DNA of 64,000 nt, taken from positions 544,001 through 608,000 of the forward strand of contig CBDCQT010000013.1 of assembly GCA_965220745.1 (NCBI GenBank), given 5' to 3'. Below are positions 18,033 through 28,749 of the stretch, piece by piece. How positions within the stretch are numbered: position 1 is the first letter of the stretch; each line of letters begins with the position of its first letter. The stretch comes from Alphaproteobacteria bacterium (lineage in GTDB: Bacteria; Pseudomonadota; Alphaproteobacteria; UBA828). The notes below the pieces were generated by a model. The model saw only the letters and a list, made by a program, of their open reading frames with translations. It was not told where the DNA came from and did not search any database. The translations under genes and the position numbers were made by a program.

Positions 18033-18836
18033 ATGCCCGCGCTCAGCGACGCCCAGCAGCGAGAATTCGAGGACCACGGCTACCTGCTCCTCCCCGCTCT
18101 CTTCTCGGAGGAGGAAATCGCGCCGCTCCGGGCCGAGGTCGAGACGGTGGCGGCGCGGGAAGGCCCCGAGGTGGTCCCGGAAGCGGAGTCGGACACCGTC
18201 AGGCTCGTCTACGGCGCCCATCGCTTCAACGAAGCGTTCCACCGCCTCTCCCGTCATCCGCGCTGGCTGGAGCCGGTGCAGGAGCTGATGGGCGGCCCGG
18301 TCTACATCCACCAGTCGCGGCTCAACCCCAAGGCGGCGTTCCACGGCGGCCCGTGGGACTGGCACCAGGACTACGCCACCTGGTCGGACCGCGACGGGCT
18401 CAAGGAACCCAGAGCCTTCATGATCGCGATCCTGCTGGACGAGGCCAATGCCGCCAACGGCCCGCTCATGTTGGTGCCGGGCTCGCACCACTACGGGCTG
18501 ATCGCCGAGGCTGCGGACAACGAGGAATCGCCCGGCTACACGCTCTTCGTCATCTCCGACGAGCATCTTTCCCACATCGTGGAGGCGGGCGGCATCGAGC
18601 AGGTCACCGGACCCGCTGGCTCGGTGCTGATCAGCCATGCCAACATGGTCCACGGCTCGGCTGGCAACATCACCCCTTGGCCGCGCCGTATCTTCTATCT
18701 CAACGTCGCCGCGACCGATAACCCGCCCACCAGGTTCGAGCGCGCCGAGCATCACTGCACCCGCGACTGGTCGGCAGTCGAGCCCTTGGACGACGATTGC
18801 CTCCGGGATTTCGCGTCGAGCGCGGCAGCCGACTGA
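18033..18836 (+). CDS. PhyH-family Fe(II)/2-oxoglutarate dioxygenase (ectoine/proline-hydroxylase-like)
   Basis: WHQDY, NGPLMLVPGSH, VHGSAGN...R. Confidence 0.88.
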   Translation: MPALSDAQQREFEDHGYLLLPALFSEEEIAPLRAEVETVAAREGPEVVPEAESDTVRLVYGAHRFNEAFHRLSRHPRWLEPVQELMGGPVYIHQSRLNPKAAFHGGPWDWHQDYATWSDRDGLKEPRAFMIAILLDEANAANGPLMLVPGSHHYGLIAEAADNEESPGYTLFVISDEHLSHIVEAGGIEQVTGPAGSVLISHANMVHGSAGNITPWPRRIFYLNVAATDNPPTRFERAEHHCTRDWSAVEPLDDDCLRDFASSAAAD

Positions 18837-18844
18837 GGAGTTCC

Positions 18845-19861
18845 ATGAAGTACGGATTCTTCATCCGCGGCCAGTTCCGCCGCGGCGAGGACATGAACGC
18901 GCGCTTCGCGGACCTCTGCGCCCAGGCGCGGCTCGCGGACGAGCTCGGCTTCGACATTCTCGCCACCGGCATGCACTACGCCACTTACCCCTTGCAGCAG
19001 TATCAGCAGCTCCTGCTGCTGGCGCGGCTCCTGGTCGAGGCGCCGCGCTGCCGCTTGCTGCCGGGGATCATCCTGCTCTCGCTGCACAAGCCCCTCGATA
19101 TCGCGGAGCAGGTCGCGACGCTCGACGTGATGTCCGGCGGGCGCATGATCTTCGGCGCGGGGCTCGGCTATCGCGAGGTGGAGTTCAAGGGTTTCGGCAC
19201 CACCCAGGCCGAGCGCGTCACGCGGCTCGAAGAGAACCTGGAGGCCGTGGTCCGCCTCTGGACCGAGGACGGCGTCAGCATGGCGGGCTCCCACTTCACG
19301 CTCGAGGACGCGACCGTCTCGCTCAAACCCATACAGCAGCCCCACCCGCCGATCTGGCTTGGCGCCAATGCGGACGCGGCGGTCGAGCGCGCGGCCCGGC
19401 TCGGCGACACCTGGTTCATCAACCCGCACCAGCGCATGGAAACCACCGAGCGCCAGCTCATCATCTACAGGCGCGCCCTCGACGAGGCCCAAAAACCCTT
19501 CCCCGCCGAGCTTCCCCTCATGCGCGAGATCTTCGTCGCCCGGACCAGAGCGGAAGCCGAGCGCCTCGCCCGCCCCTACCTGGAGGAGAAGTACAAGACC
19601 TATCACCAGTGGGGTCAGGACAAGGCCATGCCCAAGGGCGACGACGACCTCTCCCTCGACTTCGAGGAGCTGATGCGCGACCGCTTCCTCTTCGGCTCGC
19701 CCGAGGAGGTCGCCGAGCAGATCGCGGGCTACGACCGCCGCCTCGGCATCACCACGTTCATCCTCGGCATGGACTGGCTCGGAATGCCGCACGCCCAGGT
19801 GACCGACAGCATGCGCCTCTTCGCCGAAGAGGTGGTGCCGCTGGTCGAAGGCGCCGCCTAG
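18845..19861 (+). CDS. LLM-class flavin-dependent oxidoreductase
   Basis: AEQVATLDVMSGGR, GLGYREVEF, PIQQPHPPIWLG, GSPEEV. Confidence 0.88.
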   Translation: MKYGFFIRGQFRRGEDMNARFADLCAQARLADELGFDILATGMHYATYPLQQYQQLLLLARLLVEAPRCRLLPGIILLSLHKPLDIAEQVATLDVMSGGRMIFGAGLGYREVEFKGFGTTQAERVTRLEENLEAVVRLWTEDGVSMAGSHFTLEDATVSLKPIQQPHPPIWLGANADAAVERAARLGDTWFINPHQRMETTERQLIIYRRALDEAQKPFPAELPLMREIFVARTRAEAERLARPYLEEKYKTYHQWGQDKAMPKGDDDLSLDFEELMRDRFLFGSPEEVAEQIAGYDRRLGITTFILGMDWLGMPHAQVTDSMRLFAEEVVPLVEGAA

Positions 19862-19881
19862 ACCGGCGGCCCTCCTGCACC

Positions 19882-20286
19882 ATGGCCGAGAGCCTCCACC
19901 ACGTCCACATTTTCGCCCGCGACATCGACGCGACCATCGCCTGGTGGCGCGACATGCTAGGCGGCGAGCTGGTCTACGACGGCGTGCTCGCCGGCTCCCG
20001 CAACGTCTTCATGCGCATCGGTAGCGGCGGGCTGCACCTCTACGACCAGCCGCCCCGCGACGAAGGGCGCGGCGCGGTCCACCACATCGGCATCCGCAGC
20101 GACGACCTGCGCGCCCTGGTCGCGCGCTTGAAGGCGCAAGGCGTCGCGTTCCGCAGCGATATCCGGGAGTTCGGCACCTGGCGCTACATCATGTGCGCCG
20201 CCCCCGACGACGTGCTGCTGGAGCTCTTCGAGTTCGACCCCACGCATGAGCCCGCAGAGGCGACCCGCTGGCTGCGCGAGGAATAG
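19882..20286 (+). CDS. VOC/glyoxalase family protein
   Basis: LHHVHI, VHHIGIRSDDL, APDDVLLELFE. Confidence 0.85.
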   Translation: MAESLHHVHIFARDIDATIAWWRDMLGGELVYDGVLAGSRNVFMRIGSGGLHLYDQPPRDEGRGAVHHIGIRSDDLRALVARLKAQGVAFRSDIREFGTWRYIMCAAPDDVLLELFEFDPTHEPAEATRWLREE

Positions 20287-20324
20287 CGTTCACGGCAAAC
20301 CGTTAGTCTCGGTTCGCTCGCCGT

Positions 20325-21629
20325 TCAACTGCCCAGGCGGATCGCGTTCGGCAGGAGGGTCACGACCTCGGGCACGAAGGTGATGAGCAGTGCCAGCCCC
20401 GCCATGATCAGGAAGAACGGCAGCGTCGCGCGGGCGATCCGCCCGATCCGCTCCCCCGTCATCCCCTGGATCACGAACAAGTTGAAGCCGACGGGCGGCG
20501 TGATCTGCGCCATCTCTACCACGATCACCAGGAACACGCCGAACCAGATCTTGTCGAACCCCGCCGCCTGCACCAGCGGCAGCGTGATCGGCAGCGTCAT
20601 GACGATGCTCGACATGCCCTCCAGCACGCAGCCGAGGATCGCGTAGAAGACGAGCAGCAGGATTATGAGCGCGATGGGCGAAAGCTGCAGCGCCGCGATC
20701 TCGCTCGCGATCAAGCGAGGCACGCCGAGGAAGCCCATGGCGATCGAGAGGAAGTACGCGCCCGCGATGATCAGGCCGATCATGCTGATGGTTCGGACCG
20801 CGCCGAGACTGGCCTTGCGGATCGTCTCCCAGGTCAGCGTCCGCTGCGCGGCGCTCACAATTAGCGCGCCCAGCACGCCCACCGCCGCGGCTTCCGACGG
20901 GCTGGCGATGCCGCCGTACATCGAGCCCAGCACCGCGAGGATCAGAAACACCACGGGCACGAGGTGCCGGAGCCCGAGCAGCTTCTGGGCGAGGCTCATG
21001 CTCTCCGCTTCCTCCGGCACGACCGAAGGCTTCCAGCGCGCGCGAACGCCGAGCCAGGTCATGTAGAGCACGGCGAGCATCAGCCCCGGAACGATGCCCG
21101 CGAGAAAGAGCTTGAGGATCGAGGTCTCCGAGAGCACGCCGTAGATGATCAGGATGATGCTGGGCGGAATCAGGAAACCCAAAGTGCCCGCGCCTGCGAG
21201 CGAGCCCATCGCCAGGTCGCGGTCGTAGCCGCGCCGCAGCAACTCGGTCAGCGTGATGCGCCCCACGGTCGCCGTGGTCGCGGCCGATGAGCCCGAGATT
21301 GCCGCGAACATGGTGCAGCCCAGCACGTTCACATGCAGTAGCCGCCCCGGCAGGCGGGTCGTCCACGGCGCGAGCCCGGTGAAGAGCGAGGCCGAGAGCC
21401 GCGAGTGGAACAGGATCTCGGCCATCAGGATGAAGAGCGGAAGCGCGATCAGCTCCGGCGTGGTGGTCGCGTTCCAGGTGAGCTGCGCGAGCAGCTTCTC
21501 GACCGGCATGGTGCGAAAGACGGCGAGGCTGACGAGGCCCGGGGCGAAGAGCGCGAGCCCGACCCAGACCCCGACGCCCAGCACCAGGGCGAGCACACCG
21601 AGAACGGCACCGGCGGCGGCGACGGTCAT
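20325..21629 (-). CDS. dctM: TRAP transporter large permease
   Basis: ALPLFILMAE, FAAISGSS, GTLGFLIPPS, QITPPVGFNLF. Confidence 0.9.
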   Translation of the reverse strand: MTVAAAGAVLGVLALVLGVGVWVGLALFAPGLVSLAVFRTMPVEKLLAQLTWNATTTPELIALPLFILMAEILFHSRLSASLFTGLAPWTTRLPGRLLHVNVLGCTMFAAISGSSAATTATVGRITLTELLRRGYDRDLAMGSLAGAGTLGFLIPPSIILIIYGVLSETSILKLFLAGIVPGLMLAVLYMTWLGVRARWKPSVVPEEAESMSLAQKLLGLRHLVPVVFLILAVLGSMYGGIASPSEAAAVGVLGALIVSAAQRTLTWETIRKASLGAVRTISMIGLIIAGAYFLSIAMGFLGVPRLIASEIAALQLSPIALIILLLVFYAILGCVLEGMSSIVMTLPITLPLVQAAGFDKIWFGVFLVIVVEMAQITPPVGFNLFVIQGMTGERIGRIARATLPFFLIMAGLALLITFVPEVVTLLPNAIRLGS

Positions 21630-21633
21630 GCCC

Positions 21634-22167
21634 TCATCCCGCGCCGAACTCCCGCGTCCGTTCCTCGTCCTCGGGCGGCTCGCCAACGAGCAGCCGCACC
21701 GCACGGGCCACGAGCTGCAGCGTGAGCAGCGCCGCCCCGAACGCCATCGCGGCCTGCGGATAGACCAGCGGCGTCTCGTCGATGGTGGCGGACGTGCTGC
21801 CGCTCACCCACGACCGCGCGGCGAAGGCGGTCAGCGCCCACGCGAGGAATCCGGCGATCAGGATGCCGGTCACGGTGGCCGCGACGTCGAGCCAGTAGGC
21901 CAACCGGGGCGGGACGCTCTGCGACAGCAGCATGACCCTGACGTGCCCGCCCGTCCGCAATGCGAACGCCGCGCCGAGGAGGATCGAGACGGCGAAGAAG
22001 TAGGCCGCGTATTCCCAGGCGAAGGAGAGGCTGAGGTTGAGCACCGTGCGGCAGAAGATCTCAGCGAGGATGAGCCCCGCGATCCCGAGAACGAGTGCGG
22101 CCGCGACGTACCCGAAGGCGCGCGACAGCGCGTCGATACCCGCGAGAACCCGCACCAGAACGGACAC
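21634..22167 (-). CDS. dctQ: TRAP transporter small permease
   Basis: 4 TM helices, GGHVRV motif; GTG start uncertain (could be up to 22239). Confidence 0.85.
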   Translation of the reverse strand: MSVLVRVLAGIDALSRAFGYVAAALVLGIAGLILAEIFCRTVLNLSLSFAWEYAAYFFAVSILLGAAFALRTGGHVRVMLLSQSVPPRLAYWLDVAATVTGILIAGFLAWALTAFAARSWVSGSTSATIDETPLVYPQAAMAFGAALLTLQLVARAVRLLVGEPPEDEERTREFGAG

Positions 22168-22254
22168 GGCGCCGGACCCCCCTGCCCGCTCCGGGCTATC
22201 CGGACCGGAACCCGGCGCCGGCGACGCCCCGCCGGGCACCGGAGCCGCGCCCCG

Positions 22255-23259
22255 CTAGCGGCCGATGTCCCGGAAGAATCCTTCGATGATGGCCTGGCCC
22301 TCGTCGCCGAGCTCGGCCAGCGCTTCCGCCAGCATCGGCTCGGTCGCGGCCTGCATGTCGGCCAGCATTTCAGCCGGCACTTCGCCCATTGCCACGCCCC
22401 GCTCGTTCAGGATCTTCGACTTGGCCGCGTCCTCCGCCTTGCTGACCTGCCAGAACACCGGTTCAAGCATCCGCGCCGCCGCCTCGATGGCGTCCCGCTG
22501 GCCCTCGGTCAGCGCGTTCCAGGCATCGAGGTTCACGGAAACTGCGTTCGACGACCAGACGTGGCTCGTCGGGTACATGTGCGTGAGGAACTCCCAGAAC
22601 TTCCCGTCCACACCGGAGCTCGCCGATGTCGTGACCGCGTCGATGGTTCCGGCCGCGAGCGACGGCACCACCTCGCCCCAGGGGAGCTGCACCGAGGTCA
22701 TGCCGATGCGGTTGAACATCTCCGTCGTCGTGTCGTTGTAAGTGCGAATCTTGATGCCGGCGAGGTCCGCGACCCCCTGCGCCTCCACCTTGGTATAGAC
22801 GTACTGGCGCGGCCACGGCACCACGTAGAGCACCTTCTGGTTGTAGTCCGCGGCCACCCTCTCGATGGCCGGGCGGAAGTGCCTGTGGAAGACCGCAAGC
22901 TGATCGAGGTCCTCGATGATGTAGGGCTGCGTCTCCAGCCCTAGAATCTTCCGCTCTCCCACCTGCTGGTTGAGCAGCATTTCGCCGATGGGCACGAGGC
23001 CGTCGCCGACCGCGTTCAGCATCTCCGGCCCCTTGAAGCCGAGGGACCCGCCCGCGTGGATGTTGACGGTGACCTCGCCGCCGGTCACCTGACCTACCAC
23101 CTTGGCGAAGGTCTTGGCGTTCTCGACGTGGAAGTTGCCGTCGGGCCAGGCGAGCGGCAGGTCCCACTCGGTCTCGGCGACGGCGGTGGCAGTCAGTGAG
23201 ACCGAGAGTAGCGCCGTGGAAGCAAGGGCGACGGCTGCGCGTTTCGCGGCATGCGCCAT
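22255..23259 (-). CDS. dctP: TRAP transporter substrate-binding protein
   Basis: Signal peptide, GGSLGFKG, DLAGIKIR, LPWGEVVPSL. Confidence 0.9.
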   Translation of the reverse strand: MAHAAKRAAVALASTALLSVSLTATAVAETEWDLPLAWPDGNFHVENAKTFAKVVGQVTGGEVTVNIHAGGSLGFKGPEMLNAVGDGLVPIGEMLLNQQVGERKILGLETQPYIIEDLDQLAVFHRHFRPAIERVAADYNQKVLYVVPWPRQYVYTKVEAQGVADLAGIKIRTYNDTTTEMFNRIGMTSVQLPWGEVVPSLAAGTIDAVTTSASSGVDGKFWEFLTHMYPTSHVWSSNAVSVNLDAWNALTEGQRDAIEAAARMLEPVFWQVSKAEDAAKSKILNERGVAMGEVPAEMLADMQAATEPMLAEALAELGDEGQAIIEGFFRDIGR

Positions 23260-23373
23260 GGTTCGATACCCCTTCGTGGAGTCCGGTTCCCTGTCTCGCG
23301 GGATTGTAGATCGCGGAGCACGCACCTGGATACAAACGGCGTCGGGGAATTTTCGGCGGGAACAATACCCTTG

Positions 23374-24780
23374 TCACACCAGCAACATCCCCGCCAGACC
23401 GAGGAACGCGAGGAAACCGATCACGTCCGTGATGGTGGTGAGCACGACACCGGCCGCCGTCGCCGGGTCGATCTTCAGCCGCCACAGAGCCACCGGAATC
23501 ACGAGTCCAAACACACCGGCCACCAGCATGTTGATGATCATTGCCGCGGCGATCACGATGCCGAGCGCGATGTTGTCGTACCAGGCCGCGGCCGCGACAC
23601 CGATCAGGACCGCGAAGACCACGCCATTGAAGCCGCCGACCAGCACCTCCTTCCACAGCACCCTGAGAAAGTTGGCGGTGGTAAGGTCTTTCGTGGCGAT
23701 GGCGCGCACTGCCACGGCCATGGTCTGGGTGCCGGCGTTGCCGCCCATGGAGGCGACGATGGGCATGAGCACCGCGAGCGCCACCATCTGATCGATGGTC
23801 CCGTCGAACTGATAGATCACCAGGGACGCCAGAATCGCAGTGCCGAGATTGACCAGCAGCCAGGTGAAGCGGCCGGTGGCCGTGCGCAGGGCGGCACGGT
23901 AAATGTCCGGCTCGCGCACGCCGCTCAGGCGCAGGATATCCTCTTCCGCCTCCTCCTGAATGACGTCGACCACGTCGTCCACCGTGATCACGCCGATCAG
24001 GCGCCCGGTCGTACCGATCACCGGCGCGGAGACGAGGTCGTACTGGTCGAAGACGTGGCCCACCTCTTCCTGATCGGTCTCGGCCGGGATCGCCCTGACA
24101 TCCGTCGCCATGATGGTGCGCAACCGCACCGGGCGCCGGGTGCGCAGCAGCCTGTGCAGCGGAATTCGCCCGATGGGCCGGTGGTGCGGGTCGATGACGT
24201 AGATCTCGTAGAAGTCGTCCGGCATGTCGCAGCCGGTCTCGCGCATGTGGTCGATGGTCTGGCCCACCGTCCAGAACGCCGGCAGCGCGACCAGCTCGCG
24301 TTGCATCAGGCGGCCGGCGCTATCCTCCGGATAGGTCAGGCTCTCGGCGACGCCGGCCCGCTCCTCGCTGGAGATAGCGTCGAGAATCTCCTTGCGCTGC
24401 GGATCGTCGAGATCCTCGAGCACGGCGACCGCGTCGTCGCTCTCCATGTCCGCGATGGCCTCGGCGGCGCGCTCCGCTCCGATTTCGCCGATCAGTTCCT
24501 CGCGGATTTCGTCCTCGACATGGGGGAGCACGTCGCCGCTCAGCACGTCGTGGGCGACAGCGACAAGACGGCGGCGCTCTCCAACGCTGAACCGCTCGAT
24601 CAGATCGGCGATGTCGGCTTCGTGCAGCGGCGCCACCAGGGCACGGACGCGGTCGCCATCAGACTCCGCGAGCGCCGCGCGCACGGCGCTGACCAACTCG
24701 GTGGTGAGGCCGTAGAGCCCTTCCCGCCCGCCTCGCTCAGGCGCCGCGCCGGCCTCCGGCGGCGGGTCGGGCCGCGCCAT
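23374..24780 (-). CDS. mgtE: Magnesium transporter MgtE
   Basis: YPEDSAGRLM, CBS pair, PIVASMGGNAGTQ, DPATA...TTITDVIG. Confidence 0.95.
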   Translation of the reverse strand: MARPDPPPEAGAAPERGGREGLYGLTTELVSAVRAALAESDGDRVRALVAPLHEADIADLIERFSVGERRRLVAVAHDVLSGDVLPHVEDEIREELIGEIGAERAAEAIADMESDDAVAVLEDLDDPQRKEILDAISSEERAGVAESLTYPEDSAGRLMQRELVALPAFWTVGQTIDHMRETGCDMPDDFYEIYVIDPHHRPIGRIPLHRLLRTRRPVRLRTIMATDVRAIPAETDQEEVGHVFDQYDLVSAPVIGTTGRLIGVITVDDVVDVIQEEAEEDILRLSGVREPDIYRAALRTATGRFTWLLVNLGTAILASLVIYQFDGTIDQMVALAVLMPIVASMGGNAGTQTMAVAVRAIATKDLTTANFLRVLWKEVLVGGFNGVVFAVLIGVAAAAWYDNIALGIVIAAAMIINMLVAGVFGLVIPVALWRLKIDPATAAGVVLTTITDVIGFLAFLGLAGMLLV

Positions 24781-24791
24781 CGCCTCCCCGC

Positions 24792-27095
24792 CTAGCCCGC
24801 AGCGGCGGCGATCGCGCTGTCGCCCTCCTCTGCCCGGCTCTGCGCCTCGACGGCGGCAACGGCGGTCATGTTGAGAACGCCGCGGGTGGTGGCGGAGCCG
24901 TGCAGCACGTAGGCCGGCGCCGCGAGCCCGAGCAGGATCGGGCCGACCGAGATGCCGTCCGCCAGCACCTTGAGCATGCCGTAGGCGATATTGGCCGTGG
25001 TCAGGTCGGGCAGGATCAGGGTGTTGGCCTGACCCTTGAGCCGTGAGTTGGGGAACCTCTCCGCTCGGATCGCCTCGTCGAGCGCGGCATCCGCGTTCAT
25101 TTCGCCCTCGGCCTCAAGCTCGGGTGCCTGCTGATGCAGCAGATGCAGCGCCTCGCGCATCTTCACCGACGCCGCGAGGTCGTTGCTGCCGAAATTGGAG
25201 GCCGAGAGCAGCGCGATCTTCGGCGTCATGCCGAAGCGCCTCACCTGCTTGGCCGTGAGCACGGCCGATTGGCATATCTGCGACGGGCTCGGATCCTCCA
25301 TGATATCGGTATCGGCGATAAAGAAGATGCCCTTGGTCAGGATCAGAACCCGCAGCGCCGCCGCCGAGGCGACGCCGGGCCGAAGCCCGATCACGTCGAG
25401 CACGTAGTTGAGTTCAGGCCGGAAGCGCGGCGCAGGGCCGGCCAGCAGCGCGTCGGCGTCGCCGCAGCGCACCATCATCGACGCGATCACCGCGGGCTGG
25501 TTGCGGAGCGTCGTGCGCGCCGCCGCAGGTGCGACCCCGCGCCGTCCCATCAGCTCGTGATAGAGCCGCCAGTAGGTGTCGTACTTCTCGTAGTCCGCCG
25601 GATTGATGACATCGACGTTTGTGCCGGGCTCCAGCCGAAGCGAGAGCCGGTCGATCCTCTCCTCGATGCGCGACGGACGCCCGATCAGTATCGGCCGCGC
25701 GATGCCCTCGTCGATCGCCTGCTGGGCGGCGCGCAGCACGCGCTCGTTCTCGCCGGCGGCGTAGACCACCCGCTGCGGGTCCTTCTTGGCCTGGTCGATC
25801 ACCACCTTCATCAGGTAGCCGGTGCGGAACACGAGGCCCGCGAGCTCCTGCCGGTAGGCCGCGAGGTCGGCGATCGGCCGGGCAGCGACGCCGCTCTCCA
25901 TCGCGGCCTCGGCCACGGCAGCCGGCACGGTCTCGATCAGGCGCGGATCGAAGGGCTTGGGAATGATGTAATCAGGGCCGAATTTCTGGGTCTGGTCGCC
26001 GTAGGCCGCCGCCACCACGTCGGAGGACTCGGCTGTCGCGAGATCGGCGATGGCGCGCACGCAGGCAAGCTTCATCGCCGTGTTGATCTCGGTCGCGCCG
26101 CAGTCGAGCGCACCACGGAAGATGAACGGGAAGCAGAGCACGTTGTTGACCTGGTTCGGATAGTCGGAGCGCCCGGTCGCGATGATCGCATCGGGCCGCG
26201 CCGCGAGCGCATCCTCGGGCATGATTTCCGGGACCGGATTCGCGAGCGCGAGGATGATGGGCTTCGGGCCCATGCTCCGCACCATCGCCTGGGTCATGGT
26301 GCCGGGGCCGGAAAGGCCGAGAAAGATGTCGGCGTCCGCAATCGCGTCGTCCAGCGTGCGCGCGTCGGTGTCCAGCGCGTAGCGCTGCTTCTGCTCGTTG
26401 AGGTCCGTCCGGCCCGCATGCACCACGCCCTTGCTGTCGCACACCGCGATGTTGACGCGCGCGACGCCGAGCTCCTGCAGAAGGTCGAGGCAGGCGATCG
26501 CCGCGGCGCCGGCACCCGAGCACACCACGCGCGCCGCGTCCGGCGTCTTGCCGACGATGCGGAGCGCGTTCAGCGCGGCGGCGGCGACGCAGATCGCGGT
26601 GCCGTGCTGATCGTCGTGAAACACCGGAATGTTGAGCCGCTCTTTGAGGCGGCGCTCGATCTCGAAGCACTCAGGCGCCTTGATGTCCTCCAGGTTGATC
26701 GCGCCGAAGGTCGGCTCCAACCGGGCCACGGTCTCCACCAGCGCGTCCACGTCGCCTTCGTCGACCTCGATGTCGAACACGTCGATGTTGGCGAACTTCT
26801 TGAAGAGGACCGCCTTGCCTTCCATCACGGGCTTGGAGGCGAGTGCGCCGATGGCGCCGAGACCCAGTACTGCGCTGCCGTTACTGATCACCGCGACCAG
26901 GTTGGCCCGCGCGGTGTAGTCCCAGACCCGCGCCGGGTCTTCGGCGATTTCCAGACAGGGCGCGGCCACGCCGGGACTGTAGGCGAGAGCGAGGTCGCGC
27001 TGCGTGCCCATGCGCTTTGTGGCGTGGATGCCGAGCTTGCCCGGCTTGGGCTCGCGGTGATAGTCGAGCGCCGCTTGGCGCAGGTCCTCCGCCAT
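24792..27095 (-). CDS. maeB: NADP-dependent malic enzyme with PTA domain
   Basis: [38 protein letters not shown]-terminal phosphotransacetylase-like domain. Confidence 0.95.
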   Translation of the reverse strand: MAEDLRQAALDYHREPKPGKLGIHATKRMGTQRDLALAYSPGVAAPCLEIAEDPARVWDYTARANLVAVISNGSAVLGLGAIGALASKPVMEGKAVLFKKFANIDVFDIEVDEGDVDALVETVARLEPTFGAINLEDIKAPECFEIERRLKERLNIPVFHDDQHGTAICVAAAALNALRIVGKTPDAARVVCSGAGAAAIACLDLLQELGVARVNIAVCDSKGVVHAGRTDLNEQKQRYALDTDARTLDDAIADADIFLGLSGPGTMTQAMVRSMGPKPIILALANPVPEIMPEDALAARPDAIIATGRSDYPNQVNNVLCFPFIFRGALDCGATEINTAMKLACVRAIADLATAESSDVVAAAYGDQTQKFGPDYIIPKPFDPRLIETVPAAVAEAAMESGVAARPIADLAAYRQELAGLVFRTGYLMKVVIDQAKKDPQRVVYAAGENERVLRAAQQAIDEGIARPILIGRPSRIEERIDRLSLRLEPGTNVDVINPADYEKYDTYWRLYHELMGRRGVAPAAARTTLRNQPAVIASMMVRCGDADALLAGPAPRFRPELNYVLDVIGLRPGVASAAALRVLILTKGIFFIADTDIMEDPSPSQICQSAVLTAKQVRRFGMTPKIALLSASNFGSNDLAASVKMREALHLLHQQAPELEAEGEMNADAALDEAIRAERFPNSRLKGQANTLILPDLTTANIAYGMLKVLADGISVGPILLGLAAPAYVLHGSATTRGVLNMTAVAAVEAQSRAEEGDSAIAAAAG

Positions 27096-27266
27096 GCCCT
27101 GTCCCCTCGCCTGTTTGGCCGCGTCGCGGCCGCGCGACTTTGGTCTCAACGCCCCTGGATAGCAAACAGATTCGCGCGAAACGATGACAACCGTGCGTTA
27201 TTTCGCAGGCTTGCCGGTGTAAGATCGCCGCTCACGGCGCGCGAGGCTGACAAAGGGGAGGCGGTC

Positions 27267-28112
27267 ATGGCGTTCGCGGAGGTCAACGGCGTCAAGCTCT
27301 GGTACGAGACGACGGGGGACGGCACGCCCGTGGTTCACATCCACGGCGCGGGCTTCGGCCACTTCAACTTCGCCACCGCGACTCCGATCGCGTCCAAGTA
27401 CTTCCGCTGCATCGACTTCGACATGCGCGGCTACGGGCAGTCCGACAAGCCCATCCAGCCCTACGACATGGAGGTCTGGGCCGACGACGTGGCCGGGCTC
27501 ATGGATGCGTTGGAGATCGAGCGCGCCCACATTCACGGCACCTCCATGGGCGGAATGATCGCGCAGGTCTTCGGCGCCAAGTACGCTGACCGGACCGACC
27601 GGCTCGTCATCAACTGCTCGGCCGCGAAGCTCGACCTGGCCGGCCGCCTCACCTTCCAGAACTGGATCGACATCTCCGAGGCCTACGGCTGCGGTAGCCG
27701 CACCCTGGCGGAACTGATCGCGGTCCAGGCGCTCTCGCGCAAGTTCCTCGACGGGCCGAACGGCCCCGGCGCGGTCGACATGATCCAGGACATCCTGGAG
27801 CGCTCGAACCGCCGGGAGGTCTACCAGCGCGCCTGCCGCGCGATGATGGAGATGGACCTCCGGCCCTACGCCGCGCAGATCAAGGCGCCGACCCTAGTGA
27901 TCGGCGGCGACGAGGACATCATGACGCCGTGGGAGGTGGGCGAGACCGGCGCCGGCCAGACCTGGCTCGCCGAGAGCATCCCGAACGCCGTCAAGTACGT
28001 GGTCCGGGGCTCGAATCACTCGACGCTGTTCGACGGCACCGAGGAGAACATGCGGGTGGTGGTGAACTTCCTCAGCGCCCGCAACGACCTCCTGGCACCC
28101 CTGCAGGACTGA
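27267..28112 (+). CDS. Alpha/beta hydrolase
   Basis: DMRGYGQS, GTSMGG, GDED, GSNHS; start MAFAE after GGGGAGG. Confidence 0.85.
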   Translation: MAFAEVNGVKLWYETTGDGTPVVHIHGAGFGHFNFATATPIASKYFRCIDFDMRGYGQSDKPIQPYDMEVWADDVAGLMDALEIERAHIHGTSMGGMIAQVFGAKYADRTDRLVINCSAAKLDLAGRLTFQNWIDISEAYGCGSRTLAELIAVQALSRKFLDGPNGPGAVDMIQDILERSNRREVYQRACRAMMEMDLRPYAAQIKAPTLVIGGDEDIMTPWEVGETGAGQTWLAESIPNAVKYVVRGSNHSTLFDGTEENMRVVVNFLSARNDLLAPLQD

Positions 28113-28127
28113 CGCGCCGGCGGTGCC

Positions 28128-28739
28128 TCAGCCCCCCAGCGCTGCCGCGGCCTCGGCGCAGGTGACGCGCTCGGCGATATTCTCCAGCGCGTAGTTGAGG
28201 CCGGCGTTGTGCCACTCGTCGTTGACGGTGGAGGTGCCGTCCGTGAGCACGACGGCACGGTAGCCGGCGTCGGCACCGTGCCGCGCGGTGTGCTCCACCG
28301 AGAAGTTGGTCCACGCGCCGGAGATCACGATGGTGTCCACGCCGAGCCCCTTCAGGATCGTCTCGAGGGGAGTGTCGTGGAACGCGTTCATGCGCATCTT
28401 CTCAACCACCAGATCGCCCGCCTGCGGCTCCAGCCCCGCCACAGCCGCAGCACCCCAGCTGCCGCGCACCATCGCCTTCGCCTCGGCGATGCCCTGGAAG
28501 AGCGGCGCGTTCAGCTTCAGGCCCGGCGCGCCTTCCTCCACGATGTAGTGCACGTGGATCACCGCCATGCCGGCCTTGCGCGCGGCTGCGGCGAGGGACT
28601 TCACGTTCTCGACCACGTTCTGCGAGGCCGCGTGCGCCGGCGCGCCGGAATCGGCGAAGGCCCCGCCCTCCGCGATGACGTCGTTCTGCAGGTCCTGGAT
28701 GATGAGCGCGCTGCGCGCGGGATCCAATTCAAAGGCCAT
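28128..28739 (-). CDS. Isochorismatase/cysteine hydrolase family protein
   Basis: ALIIQDLQND, VEKMRMNAF, GAWTNFSVEHTAR. Confidence 0.85.
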   Translation of the reverse strand: MAFELDPARSALIIQDLQNDVIAEGGAFADSGAPAHAASQNVVENVKSLAAAARKAGMAVIHVHYIVEEGAPGLKLNAPLFQGIAEAKAMVRGSWGAAAVAGLEPQAGDLVVEKMRMNAFHDTPLETILKGLGVDTIVISGAWTNFSVEHTARHGADAGYRAVVLTDGTSTVNDEWHNAGLNYALENIAERVTCAEAAAALGG

Positions 28740-28749
28740 GAGTCCCCTC

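Noticed and set aside
25134-28112. 992-aa ORF suggesting a large fusion
   Set aside because: Only 27267-28112 is a real hydrolase with its own RBS; the rest is the antisense shadow of maeB
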